From a virus: 64,000 nucleotides of DNA. Made by a program: the position numbers and the translations under genes. Numbering within the stretch: the first letter of the stretch is position 1; the number at the start of each line of letters is the position of its first letter. The stretch lies in IMG/VR virus record IMGVR_UViG_3300032770_000001, positions 187,931-251,930 of that record, one strand, 5' to 3'. The notes under the pieces were generated by a model. That model saw nothing but the letters and a program-made list of their open reading frames with translations. It made no database searches and was not told the origin of the DNA. Positions 19,378 to 27,955 of this stretch are shown piece after piece.

Positions 19378-19393
19378 GCAAAAAACCTTTCCA

Positions 19394-19410
19394 GTAGTAT
19401 TATCCAATGT
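19394..19410 (+). promoter_or_regulatory. Promoter-like motif GTAGTATTATCCAATGT abutting the start codon (leaderless-type), copy 1
   Basis: Near-identical element at 54579..54594; both end directly at an ATG start. TATTAT -10-like hexamer lies about 10 nt from the ATG. Confidence 0.4.
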
Positions 19411-19593
19411 ATGTACTTCAAACGTGTCAAAACCAAAATCAAGAAGGGTGACAAGGTCGTCACCAGAGTTGTGTTCAAAGAAGGCGTTGAAGGCACTGGC
19501 GTGACGCTCCCGTATTCCTGCGGGTTCTGCAACGAAGTGCACTTCCGTTCGCGGCGGCAGCGAAACCGTCATACACAGTTCTGCCCCAAATAA
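19411..19593 (+). CDS. Small zinc-finger protein (60 aa)
   Basis: C-x2-C...H-x4-H-x4-C pattern (YSCGFCNEVHFRSRRQRNRHTQFC). Confidence 0.4.
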   Translation: MYFKRVKTKIKKGDKVVTRVVFKEGVEGTGVTLPYSCGFCNEVHFRSRRQRNRHTQFCPK

Positions 19594-19594
19594 C

Positions 19595-19858
19595 ATGGAA
19601 CCGTGGGAAATCGATCCAGATGATCTTCGCAAGATGGCGCTCATTGAGCGATTCACGCTCGGCGACATCAAAGAAGTCCTCAACCGTGAGGACATGGTCG
19701 GTACAGCCCCTCGAATCTATGAACTGCTGGAGCGATTCAGTAAGTCCCTTGACGGCGAGTACAACAACGGTGAGATCATCTCGTTCGGTCTAGCTCTCAT
19801 CTCAGCCCAAATGCTGCTGATGTATGAGCACTTCGAGAAGGGCAATGAGACTTCTTAA
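19595..19858 (+). CDS. Hypothetical protein
   Basis: ORF of 87 aa. Confidence 0.35.
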   Translation: MEPWEIDPDDLRKMALIERFTLGDIKEVLNREDMVGTAPRIYELLERFSKSLDGEYNNGEIISFGLALISAQMLLMYEHFEKGNETS

Positions 19859-20423
19859 GCTGGGTTTCACGGGCACTAAAGACGGGATGAGCATAGAGCA
19901 GAAGCGGCTCTTGGAAGAGCACTTCACCGCCCTGCTTGAGGGCTACGACTGGATTGAATTTCACCACGGTGATTGTATCGGCGCTGACGCTCAAGCCGCC
20001 ATCATGTTGCGCGTCCTCAGCAACAAATTGCGGATGATGGAACAGGCAACCTGTCAAGTCACCATCATCGCCCATCCCGGTTATCCAGTACGAAACCCCA
20101 AAGATACTCGCTGGCGTGCATTCACCGCCGAGATCAATGACGAGATTCGAGAGGCGAAGCCATTCATCGCTCGTGACCACGACATCGTGGATGAAACCAC
20201 GGATTTAGTCGCTACACCGCTGACTCGCGAAGAGCAGGTGTCGTCCGGCACATGGACAACAGTGCGTTACGCACGGAAGAAAAAGAAAAAGATCACAATC
20301 ATCAACCCGGCTGAGCGCAAGTTTGATCCACATTCTCTTCCGAAAGGGACGAACGCCATCGCCGGACAACAGAGGTATTACGGGCCGACATATATGCAGC
20401 GAGGTTATCGCGAAGATGAGTGA
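19845..20423 (+). CDS. Putative Rossmann-like SLOG/YspA-type nucleotide-binding protein
   Basis: Start at MRLLKLGFTGTKDG. GFTGT...FHHGDCIGADAQAA resembles SLOG-family signatures; weak. Confidence 0.3.
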   Translation: MRLLKLGFTGTKDGMSIEQKRLLEEHFTALLEGYDWIEFHHGDCIGADAQAAIMLRVLSNKLRMMEQATCQVTIIAHPGYPVRNPKDTRWRAFTAEINDEIREAKPFIARDHDIVDETTDLVATPLTREEQVSSGTWTTVRYARKKKKKITIINPAERKFDPHSLPKGTNAIAGQQRYYGPTYMQRGYREDE

Positions 20424-20760
20424 CACGTTCTACATCCCGTATAGTCACGACAGGTCGAAGCCAGAAGACCCGAACTGCCATCTATGCATGGCGGGAATTC
20501 CAGTTTACACGAGCGCAATGGTGCCAGCTTTTGAACGGGTGCAAGTACGTTTCCCGCGATCCAAAAAAGTTCGCATCCGCAAAAAATGGTCGAAAGACCC
20601 ACGGAATTGGAGAACGATTCCTTACGTTCGTTTCATGAGTATGCGTAAGGACAAGATGGATCAGTTGATCCTAACCCATCGGCAAACGATGGATGCTTGG
20701 CTGAAACAGTTCGGCGTAGGAGGTAAGGTGTCGCTAGATACCGAGACCAATGGACTTTAA
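20416..20760 (+). CDS. Hypothetical protein
   Basis: Start at MSDTFYIPYS; overlaps the upstream stop. Confidence 0.35.
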   Translation: MSDTFYIPYSHDRSKPEDPNCHLCMAGIPVYTSAMVPAFERVQVRFPRSKKVRIRKKWSKDPRNWRTIPYVRFMSMRKDKMDQLILTHRQTMDAWLKQFGVGGKVSLDTETNGL

Positions 20761-20980
20761 CAAGCTGCTCAAGAAACACCCGAAGATGTATCTGTACTAC
20801 CACGACAACCAGCAGTGGATTCTCTACAAAGAAAAGCCGCCCGAAGGCACCTACTGTGGCGAGGAGGAGCACGATAAATTCATTCTTGTCGAGGGGCAGG
20901 ACTATGACGGCGTTGGTTACGCTCCGCATCTAGTCATCGACCTATGCAAGGCTCTGGGAATCAAGGTAGAATCGGCTTGA
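20750..20980 (+). CDS. Hypothetical protein
   Basis: ORF of 76 aa. Confidence 0.3.
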   Translation: MDFNKLLKKHPKMYLYYHDNQQWILYKEKPPEGTYCGEEEHDKFILVEGQDYDGVGYAPHLVIDLCKALGIKVESA

Positions 20981-21282
20981 AGGTTCAGGCGAAATTTCGC
21001 AGTCGCTCGATGGGTATTGTGCCATGTACCGTTGTTGACGGTCCTCGTATCGTCTGGAAGAAGTCCGATTGGATGGAGCGGGTTCAGGTTGAGTGTTACT
21101 GCATTACATACACGAATCTGAACGGCAAGCACAGGCACATGGAGTGGGTGAAGAAGTCCCGGATTATTTTTGATGCAGATGGAACTGAAATACGATGCGA
21201 AACAGCCCACCAGCAAGAAGGGGATGCCGCGAGAGATGTTCCTGCCGTGGGGCGGCTGGTTCCCGCACCCGGAACTCGATAG
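20944..21282 (+). CDS. Hypothetical protein (3' end uncertain, overlaps next ORF)
   Basis: ORF of 112 aa; overlaps 21170..21763 in another frame. Confidence 0.25.
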   Translation: MQGSGNQGRIGLKVQAKFRSRSMGIVPCTVVDGPRIVWKKSDWMERVQVECYCITYTNLNGKHRHMEWVKKSRIIFDADGTEIRCETAHQQEGDAARDVPAVGRLVPAPGTR

Positions 21283-21763
21283 AGATATTGAGCGGAGACC
21301 GTGGAAAGTTTCTGAAGAACAGAAGCAAACTCTTGCAACCGTTCCGGCTGCGATTCAGTATTTCGTTCCGAGCGGGATCGGGCTAAGTACGTTTCGCAAG
21401 CACAAATTTTCACGTCCTGAGAGTCAGTCTTTAGCCAGCATTGACGCGCATGTTTCACTCGAAAAACTGTTGAAAAGCGTTGCAAATGAAGATAAAAAAC
21501 TCATTAGTAAGAAGCCTCTGGACGGTATTTACGCCTATATTTGGCGGGTAGCGCGGTACGTGGCGGGGCTCGACCGGGCAATGCCGATCACGGCTTTTTG
21601 GGATTTGGAAGATGGCGTGCTTGCACTGACGGGTGTGCTGGGTGTTACTGAAGAGACTGTCAAGTTTTTAGGGCAGCGTGCCGATCAGTTGGTTGAAGCG
21701 ACAGGCGGCAACAAGTACGCGGCACAGGTCAAATGGTCTAGGTTCCTTGGGAGGGCAGTGTGA
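21170..21763 (+). CDS. Hypothetical protein
   Basis: ORF of 197 aa. Confidence 0.4.
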   Translation: MMQMELKYDAKQPTSKKGMPREMFLPWGGWFPHPELDRDIERRPWKVSEEQKQTLATVPAAIQYFVPSGIGLSTFRKHKFSRPESQSLASIDAHVSLEKLLKSVANEDKKLISKKPLDGIYAYIWRVARYVAGLDRAMPITAFWDLEDGVLALTGVLGVTEETVKFLGQRADQLVEATGGNKYAAQVKWSRFLGRAV

Positions 21764-22212
21764 GAAATCGCCGCGATTTTGAGATGATCCTGCAAGATAT
21801 CCGAGATGATTTCTACCTCGGTCGGATTCAGTCTGAAGAAGCGCGAAAGACCCTTGAAGATGTGATGCGTGACTTCGGAATGCTGGCTGCCGACGAATGG
21901 TTGGTGGAGTTGCCGGAAAACTTCCGCAGTCGCGATGGCATGATCGGCCCGTTCCGTGTGCAACATGAGCGGTCGCCGTTTACATGGAACCGTCATTACG
22001 GACTCGGCTTCGTTAAGAAGACTCAAGCTGAGGCTGAAGGCAGGCAAAAGAACGGAACATACGCTTTCGGCTATCATGAAACTGAACTGGTCGGCAACGA
22101 CGTGATTATAGCTGATTCGCCTCGCGGCCAAGTCAAGCCAATGGTCGAGGACGAGAAAATTTTCTTCGACAACTTTGAAAAGCAAATGGAGGGTTTCAAG
22201 TGCACGGATTAA
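21760..22212 (+). CDS. Hypothetical protein
   Basis: ORF of 150 aa with ATGA overlap. Confidence 0.4.
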   Translation: MRNRRDFEMILQDIRDDFYLGRIQSEEARKTLEDVMRDFGMLAADEWLVELPENFRSRDGMIGPFRVQHERSPFTWNRHYGLGFVKKTQAEAEGRQKNGTYAFGYHETELVGNDVIIADSPRGQVKPMVEDEKIFFDNFEKQMEGFKCTD

Positions 22213-22478
22213 CGTGGGTTCGTTGTTTCATCGATCCAGAAGGTAATCGCTCGTGGGTTGCTCTTCGCGGCGGGGCGACCGGGTTCGATGTCGTGATTTC
22301 GCTTCTCAGAAAAAGTGATGTCGCACCAGTGACGCGCATAGTCGCGGAGAAGAGCGGACTAGCGACCATCGCCGAGGCGACGAAAGGCTTCGAAGATTGC
22401 TGCAAGTTCTACAACGATAAAGGTTGGAGACCCGATTCCACCTATCAGAAAATGATCGAGGAGTTGTTGAGCAAATGA
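22200..22478 (+). CDS. Hypothetical protein
   Basis: ORF of 92 aa. Confidence 0.35.
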   Translation: MHGLTWVRCFIDPEGNRSWVALRGGATGFDVVISLLRKSDVAPVTRIVAEKSGLATIAEATKGFEDCCKFYNDKGWRPDSTYQKMIEELLSK

Positions 22479-22747
22479 GTCACGTCGGTCAGTTCTTTGA
22501 TAACAACCCGTTCTGGACAGTGGCGATCATCTGGCTGTTCGCTGTCGCATTCATGTGTATTCTTGCGGACGCGAAGACAGCGAAGGTCAGGCGGATCAAG
22601 CGCATTCTGGTATCGGTCTGCATGACTTTCATGATCTGGGGTGTTTTCCTCGCCGGGTTGTACGATGCCGCCAAACTCATGCCTCCGGTTCCCGCGATCA
22701 AGTCCCCGACTATGGATTCCTCCTGCTCCTATACTGTTAAGCCGTAA
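22475..22747 (+). CDS. Small membrane protein
   Basis: Start at MSHVGQFF (ATGA overlap); two predicted TM helices (AIIWLFAVAFMCIL, FMIWGVFLAGL). Confidence 0.4.
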   Translation: MSHVGQFFDNNPFWTVAIIWLFAVAFMCILADAKTAKVRRIKRILVSVCMTFMIWGVFLAGLYDAAKLMPPVPAIKSPTMDSSCSYTVKP

Positions 22748-22780
22748 GAACTTAAACCCCTAACCAAAATTGACCTTCGA

Positions 22781-22790
22781 CTGGTAGAAT
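22781..22790 (+). promoter_or_regulatory. Extended -10 promoter motif CTGGTAGAAT (copy 2)
   Basis: Followed by AGGCAGGAG Shine-Dalgarno and the ATG at 22807; upstream AAACCCCTAAccAAAA also shared with copy 1. Confidence 0.5.
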
Positions 22791-22806
22791 TAGGCAGGAG
22801 ATTTTT

Positions 22807-23253
22807 ATGCCTGACAAAATTACGTACCGTGGCGTCCGCAATGTTGAGGGAGACGTGTATCGCTGCTTCGTTCACCGCGAAGACAATGTCTCATCGGTCG
22901 ATTACGAACTCGATCCTCGTAACGACATCTACGACCACAGCCCAACAGGGATCGCGTGGGGCTACGGCGGCAGCGGTCCGGCTCAGCTTGCGTTGGGCAT
23001 TCTCGCTGACTATTTCAGTCCGGACGGCAAGAGGGTGCGTTACACCCGCCGCAACGAGTGGGACATGGATGGTCGCGACGACCCGAATCAGAAAGCCCTC
23101 AAGCATTATCAGGAATTTAAGTGGGCAATCGTGGCGCTATTCCCAATGGATGGCGAGTGGGAGTTGCCCGGTGAGATAATTGAGAAGTTCGTCACGGGAA
23201 CGCTGACGGACGAAGAGAGACGCGAGTTTCTCAAGGGTCAAGTGAATGCCTGA
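22807..23253 (+). CDS. Hypothetical protein
   Basis: ORF of 148 aa downstream of the promoter motif. Confidence 0.45.
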   Translation: MPDKITYRGVRNVEGDVYRCFVHREDNVSSVDYELDPRNDIYDHSPTGIAWGYGGSGPAQLALGILADYFSPDGKRVRYTRRNEWDMDGRDDPNQKALKHYQEFKWAIVALFPMDGEWELPGEIIEKFVTGTLTDEERREFLKGQVNA

Positions 23254-23809
23254 GACCTTACAACTGGTGTATTGGGACAACCCGGTTCTTTCGACCGTAT
23301 GCACTCCCGTCGCCGACAGTGCTTTCGGCGCTGATAAGCTGCGAGACTTTGCCGCCCGGTTGCTGGCGACGATGGATGCCAAGAACGGCGTCGGGCTGGC
23401 GGCTCCGCAGGTCGCGGTGACTGAGCGGATGTTTGCCATGCATTTCCCGAATAGTGAGCAGGATCGGGAGCCGTGGAAGCCGATTGTGGTCATCAATCCG
23501 ACCTTGGAACTGAACGGGGGTACTGTGGCGGCACGTGAAGGCTGCTTGAGTCTGCCGGGGGTGTTTGAACAGGTTGCACGGGCTGAGAACGTGGTCATGC
23601 GCTATCGGGATGCGGACGGTGACGAATTGGTGCGGGAATTGACCGAAATCGACGCTAGAGTAGCTCAACACGAGTTTGACCACCTGAACGGGATCATGTT
23701 CTTTGACTATTTGAATATCCGCCCGACTTACGGTCGTCGGATGTCTAAACAGGTCTCGAAACAGGTCATGCGGATGTGGGAGAAAGAACGCTCTCGACGT
23801 GGGCTGTAA
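23246..23809 (+). CDS. def: Peptide deformylase
   Basis: All three PDF motifs present: GVGLAAPQV (motif 1), EGCLSLPG (motif 2), QHEFDHLNG (motif 3, HExxH). Confidence 0.85.
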   Translation: MPETLQLVYWDNPVLSTVCTPVADSAFGADKLRDFAARLLATMDAKNGVGLAAPQVAVTERMFAMHFPNSEQDREPWKPIVVINPTLELNGGTVAAREGCLSLPGVFEQVARAENVVMRYRDADGDELVRELTEIDARVAQHEFDHLNGIMFFDYLNIRPTYGRRMSKQVSKQVMRMWEKERSRRGL

Positions 23810-23829
23810 TCTAGGGTAAGATCGGGTTC

Positions 23830-24048
23830 ATGAACAGATCAAAGGCTATAACCGCAGCGGACAATGCGAGAGCGATTTTCCAATGTTTTGCCAATGCCGT
23901 TAATGACAACGCTCTGGTAAAACCGGGGATCGGTCATGCGATCCGGGACTACGAGGATCGGTTCAAGGTGGAGTTCAATAAATTGCTCGATGCAGTCGAT
24001 CTCGATAAAGATCAGATCGGCTTCCAGCGAGTGGAGTATCCGAAATGA
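23830..24048 (+). CDS. Hypothetical protein
   Basis: ORF of 72 aa. Confidence 0.3.
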   Translation: MNRSKAITAADNARAIFQCFANAVNDNALVKPGIGHAIRDYEDRFKVEFNKLLDAVDLDKDQIGFQRVEYPK

Positions 24049-24230
24049 TGAATGACCGTGGGGTAGTTAATGAACCTTCGTTTGTTCTTTTCCCCGGCGA
24101 CACTGTCAGCATTGTGGTCGATACTAAGACCTATCGTGGCACGCTGATGAACGACAATGGTCGTTGGTACGTGAAAGTGCTCGGTGCCGACCCCGGTGAA
24201 GAGAAAGAAGTGGTCATCGTTAAGCTATGA
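24045..24230 (+). CDS. Hypothetical protein
   Basis: ORF of 61 aa, ATGA-coupled. Confidence 0.3.
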   Translation: MMNDRGVVNEPSFVLFPGDTVSIVVDTKTYRGTLMNDNGRWYVKVLGADPGEEKEVVIVKL

Positions 24231-24502
24231 GAAGTGGAAAAGTCATCCACGTCTGGATTACAAAGTACGCTTTAACTCAGGGCATTTTTGAAATCGATGC
24301 CGAAGAGTGCGTGACCTCAACTGGCGAATGTCAGAACATGATCCAGAAAGTTGGTGGAGCGTATTCCGATTATTATCATGGCGAGGGCCGGGAGTGGCAT
24401 CGTACTGAAGCCGCCGCCAAAGAACATGCGAACAAGATGGTGCGAGACAAGATCGCGAGTCTGAAAAAGAGTATCGCGAAATTTGAAAAACTGGTGTTCT
24501 GA
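24227..24502 (+). CDS. Hypothetical protein
   Basis: ORF of 91 aa, coupled. Confidence 0.3.
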   Translation: MRSGKVIHVWITKYALTQGIFEIDAEECVTSTGECQNMIQKVGGAYSDYYHGEGREWHRTEAAAKEHANKMVRDKIASLKKSIAKFEKLVF

Positions 24503-24690
24503 TGACACGAGGAGAGAAAGTTCAATTCGCAACTGATCTCGAACTTATGCATGAACGCCCCATGCGTCTCGGTCTTTATGCAACCGGGCAGCGTATCCAC
24601 AATGCGATTCGCATGGTGGGGTTTGAAATCGCCGACGACATCACAGGTTGCATCGCATACGAGGAAGCTTTAGCGGCAGCGGAGAAGTAA
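24502..24690 (+). CDS. Hypothetical protein
   Basis: ORF of 62 aa, coupled. Confidence 0.3.
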   Translation: MTRGEKVQFATDLELMHERPMRLGLYATGQRIHNAIRMVGFEIADDITGCIAYEEALAAAEK

Positions 24691-25832
24691 TGGCAAACCG
24701 AGAATACAGAGAAGAGCGTTACGACTACACCGGAGGGCGTGAGCACGCCCCGGAGTTGATCGTTGCAGTCGGCATCTCCGGCTCAGGGAAATCCACGGAG
24801 ATCACGCAGATGGTGAAACGGTCACAGGGTAAGACCGTCCGCTTGAACCGTGACGACATGCGCAAGATGCTTTTCTGCGGAGCCGATTGGAACAAGCGGA
24901 ACGAGGATTACGTCCGCAAGGCTCAGATGGAAGCTGCACGCATCGCGCTCCAGATGGGCAAGAACGTGGTGATCGACGACACCAACTGCATCCGGCAGAC
25001 CCGGCAGAAGTGGGAAGAGTTGGCGGTCGATCTGCACACGCACCTGCGCTTCCTGATCTGGCAAGTGGACTTAAAGGTCGCTGTAGAGCGAGATGCACTT
25101 CGCGGCGTAATCTGCGAAGCCTGTAAGCGTCCTATGGGCGCAATGGTGGGCGAAGAGATCATTCGCCGCCAAGCAAAGGATTTGGGACAGTTCAGCATGA
25201 GTCACGAAGTCAAGGCAGCGACGTTGACCCGCCCCTATTGGGAGCGGCAACAGCTTCTCAAGGGAGGCTTCATCCCCCGTCTGCCCGGACGCCCGTGGAT
25301 TCTGTACGATCTGGACGGTACAGTAGCGAAGCGTGGCGACCGTGGTCGGTTCGAGGAGCACAAGGTCATCCTCGATACCTACTATGACACCGTCGTGCAA
25401 TGGATTCGTGCATTGCAGCCGTTCTACAACTTGGCAGCCGTCTCCGGACGGCAGGATTTCTGCGGTGATGACACCTGCGATTGGTTGCAGGCTGGTGACG
25501 TTCCGTTTGACCGCATCATCATGCGGTACACGCGGGATAACCGCCCTGACTATCAGGTGAAGGAAGAAATCCTGAAAGAGTTGCAGGCTGTTGTCGGTCA
25601 GTCCGTGGGTTACTTCGACTCGAACGAAGAGTTTCGCGTTCCTGACGAGGGAATCGCGTTCGTAATCGACGACCGTCCGCAGGTAGTCAAGATGTGGCGG
25701 TCGCACGGCTTGACGGTGTTCCCGGTTCGGGGTGTGGATAAGCATACCAAGGACTGCACGGAGCAGCACAAGGACAAGCCGTGGTACAAGGACGGCTACT
25801 GCGCTGAATGCGGAGCGGTCGAGGACTTCTGA
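24690..25832 (+). CDS. pseT: Polynucleotide 5'-kinase / 3'-phosphatase (T4 Pnk/PseT family)
   Basis: N-terminal P-loop kinase (GISGSGKST, RLNRDDMR, VVIDDTNC). C-terminal HAD phosphatase (ILYDLDGTVAKRGDRG ... VSGR ... KEEILKEL ... IDDRPQVVKMWRSHG), colinear with T4 Pnk (FDVDGTLAKMNGRG ... KEEIFWKH ... IDDRTQVVEMWRRIG). Confidence 0.85.
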   Translation: MANREYREERYDYTGGREHAPELIVAVGISGSGKSTEITQMVKRSQGKTVRLNRDDMRKMLFCGADWNKRNEDYVRKAQMEAARIALQMGKNVVIDDTNCIRQTRQKWEELAVDLHTHLRFLIWQVDLKVAVERDALRGVICEACKRPMGAMVGEEIIRRQAKDLGQFSMSHEVKAATLTRPYWERQQLLKGGFIPRLPGRPWILYDLDGTVAKRGDRGRFEEHKVILDTYYDTVVQWIRALQPFYNLAAVSGRQDFCGDDTCDWLQAGDVPFDRIIMRYTRDNRPDYQVKEEILKELQAVVGQSVGYFDSNEEFRVPDEGIAFVIDDRPQVVKMWRSHGLTVFPVRGVDKHTKDCTEQHKDKPWYKDGYCAECGAVEDF

Positions 25833-25980
25833 TGCTGCTCGACAGTTTTAGAGGTACGGTCGAGCAGGGCTGTCCGCTGTGTCGTTGGTTTGGCATTGTC
25901 CGGGCGTTTCCAGCACATTGGAGATCGCACAGTGTGCTGGAGCGCATGGTTTATCGCTTACGCAAGCTACGGAGGCTTCG

Positions 25981-26268
25981 ATGGGTCGCCAAATAATCAA
26001 ACAGCCAAACGGTCTGTTCGCCCTCTGGTCGTCCAATTCGGACAAGTTTGTCTGGATCGACGCCACGAAGCAGGAGATGATTGACGCTTTCGCTGAGGAG
26101 GCTCGAAAAGAAGCAGTCGAGCGAACCGAGGAGATTTTTGCCGAACTGGAAGCCGGGGGAAGCCCCTACTATCAGTGGACTCAGACGTATGAAGAGGCCG
26201 TCGCCTACTACGAACGTGTCCATGGGAAAAAATTCAATCCGGAAGAAGTAGGAACAGACGATGAGTGA
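25981..26268 (+). CDS. Hypothetical protein
   Basis: Start at MGRQIIKQPNG, with a GGAGG Shine-Dalgarno 6 nt upstream; the track ORF begins earlier at 25879. Confidence 0.4.
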   Translation: MGRQIIKQPNGLFALWSSNSDKFVWIDATKQEMIDAFAEEARKEAVERTEEIFAELEAGGSPYYQWTQTYEEAVAYYERVHGKKFNPEEVGTDDE

Positions 26269-26536
26269 ACCGAATTTAGTCGATGCATACACGTTCCGAC
26301 TGTGCGGCAAGGAATTGGAAACCTTCCTTGCGTGGGAAGAAGAGCACAACAAGACTTGCAAATATTACGATGACGGCACGTCCCCGGTCTGCCCGTCAGG
26401 GGCGATTGGTGGGCAGATGCAGTTCTGCTTTACCAACACCGGATTGGGGACCATTGTCGTAGTCGAGTGTTTGTGTTATACCAATGATGGTGACGAACGA
26501 GGCAAAAAGAACGTCACCGACTTTGATAGCTGGTAG
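26261..26536 (+). CDS. Hypothetical Cys-rich protein
   Basis: ORF of 91 aa. Confidence 0.35.
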   Translation: MSEPNLVDAYTFRLCGKELETFLAWEEEHNKTCKYYDDGTSPVCPSGAIGGQMQFCFTNTGLGTIVVVECLCYTNDGDERGKKNVTDFDSW

Positions 26537-26543
26537 GTAAACT

Positions 26544-26849
26544 ATGGAAACACAGTTGTCCCCCGAAGTTGCAGTCTCGCAGCCGTCCCCCGATGATGTT
26601 GTGGTAACAGTCAGTGAGCAGGAAGAACAAGACCTGCGTTCACGTTTTACGACGTTCATCTCTTCGAACCCGACCGCCAAACGCCGCAGTGCTTTCTTAG
26701 CGGTGCGTTTCCCGTACACCGGGAAGGGTGGTTACGCAAAGCGCCGTGTTGTCCTCGATATGCTGGTTGCCGAGGGTCAGGTGCCGGAAGTGTTCGGGAG
26801 TCCTGAACTTCGCAAGCAACTTAAACAGAATGGACAAAATTCTCGATAA
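26544..26849 (+). CDS. Hypothetical protein
   Basis: ORF of 101 aa. Confidence 0.35.
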   Translation: METQLSPEVAVSQPSPDDVVVTVSEQEEQDLRSRFTTFISSNPTAKRRSAFLAVRFPYTGKGGYAKRRVVLDMLVAEGQVPEVFGSPELRKQLKQNGQNSR

Positions 26850-27216
26850 AGCTGGCGCGACCGCTTCGCTGATTTGTGCCGTGCACTGTATCAGCCTGCC
26901 GTTACTGTTCGCGGTGATCCCGGCAATAGGGCTCACGTGGCTGGATAATGTCTGGTTTGATCGAGTGTTTCTGGCGGCAGCCGTGGTGTTTGTGATTCTT
27001 GCTCATCCACGTGGGTATATAAGACACCGTCGTTGCATTCCAGCGGTGCTGGCACTCATCGGTATTGCTACTGTGGTGTTGGCGATCTCGCTGTGGGAAC
27101 AATCGGAAGCGCACCATTATCTGGTTGCATTGGGCGGCTTAACAATCGCTTCATCGCATTGGCTTAATCGGCATTTCCTGCATCACGCTTGTTGCGAGGG
27201 ACATCATGGCAGATGA
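26830..27216 (+). CDS. MerC-like metal-transport membrane protein (putative)
   Basis: Start at MDKILDKAG. TM1 carries SLICAVHCISLPLL (a Cys pair in a helix, as in MerC GMGCAAC); 3-4 TM helices; C-terminal HHACCEGHHGR metal-binding tail. Confidence 0.35.
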   Translation: MDKILDKAGATASLICAVHCISLPLLFAVIPAIGLTWLDNVWFDRVFLAAAVVFVILAHPRGYIRHRRCIPAVLALIGIATVVLAISLWEQSEAHHYLVALGGLTIASSHWLNRHFLHHACCEGHHGR

Positions 27217-27508
27217 GTATTATGTGCTTTCGTTGAAATGGTCGGTCGGTTCCGACTACGTCGTGTTTTGGGGACCGAATGACGGCGGCTATTTCACCAA
27301 TCTTGCCGAAGCAGGACGATATTCGCAGGAGCAGATTGACGCACATCGTAGCTACTACGACAACGGCCATACCACCCTCGCGGTGCCATGTAGCGAGATT
27401 GACGCATTGGCATGGCGGACTGTTTTCGCTGATCGCCTGCACGACACGATTTTGAAGAATCATGGCGTGGACTGGATGAAGGTGCTTGAAGAGCGGAGAT
27501 GCGGATGA
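27206..27508 (+). CDS. Hypothetical protein
   Basis: ORF of 100 aa. Confidence 0.35.
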   Translation: MADEYYVLSLKWSVGSDYVVFWGPNDGGYFTNLAEAGRYSQEQIDAHRSYYDNGHTTLAVPCSEIDALAWRTVFADRLHDTILKNHGVDWMKVLEERRCG

Positions 27509-27768
27509 GTGAAGTTACACTAACCTGCTCCCATACGATGGGGTTGGAGCGGGGGGATTTTATCACTGTCTCCGGGTTTGCAAACATAGCCAACAACGGC
27601 TCGTTCATCGTTCGCCGTGTTCGTGGCTTTGGGTTGATCGTGCAGCCAGCTTCGTTCTGGGATTATGTCCGGCACTATGCTCGACGGGTTATGACGTGGG
27701 CAAAGTGGTATTACTATGGAATATCCGACTTTGCCAACGAGTTGAGAGACTCGTGGATGGACGAATAG
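27499..27768 (+). CDS. Hypothetical protein
   Basis: ORF of 89 aa. Confidence 0.3.
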   Translation: MRMSEVTLTCSHTMGLERGDFITVSGFANIANNGSFIVRRVRGFGLIVQPASFWDYVRHYARRVMTWAKWYYYGISDFANELRDSWMDE

Positions 27769-27955
27769 GAAATTTATGGCGCAGCCGAAACGTCGAATGA
27801 TACGGCAAGAGTGGTATCTTGCTTACATGCTGTGTGTGCTTTCAGGTGCCAGCTTTTTCGACGGGCACCGGATTAGCGGTGGAATTCTGTTAGGATTTTC
27901 GGTTTTGATTGTCGTTCTCTGCGATGGATTCGGAGTTCGATTGTGAAAGGATACT

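Noticed and set aside
25832-25996. Possible 54-aa ORF (MLLDSFRGTVEQGCPLCRWF...) overlapping the Pnkp stop
   Set aside because: Plausible TGATG coupling and a CxxC motif, but it overlaps the better-supported 25981..26268 gene start and lacks a Shine-Dalgarno. Left uncalled.
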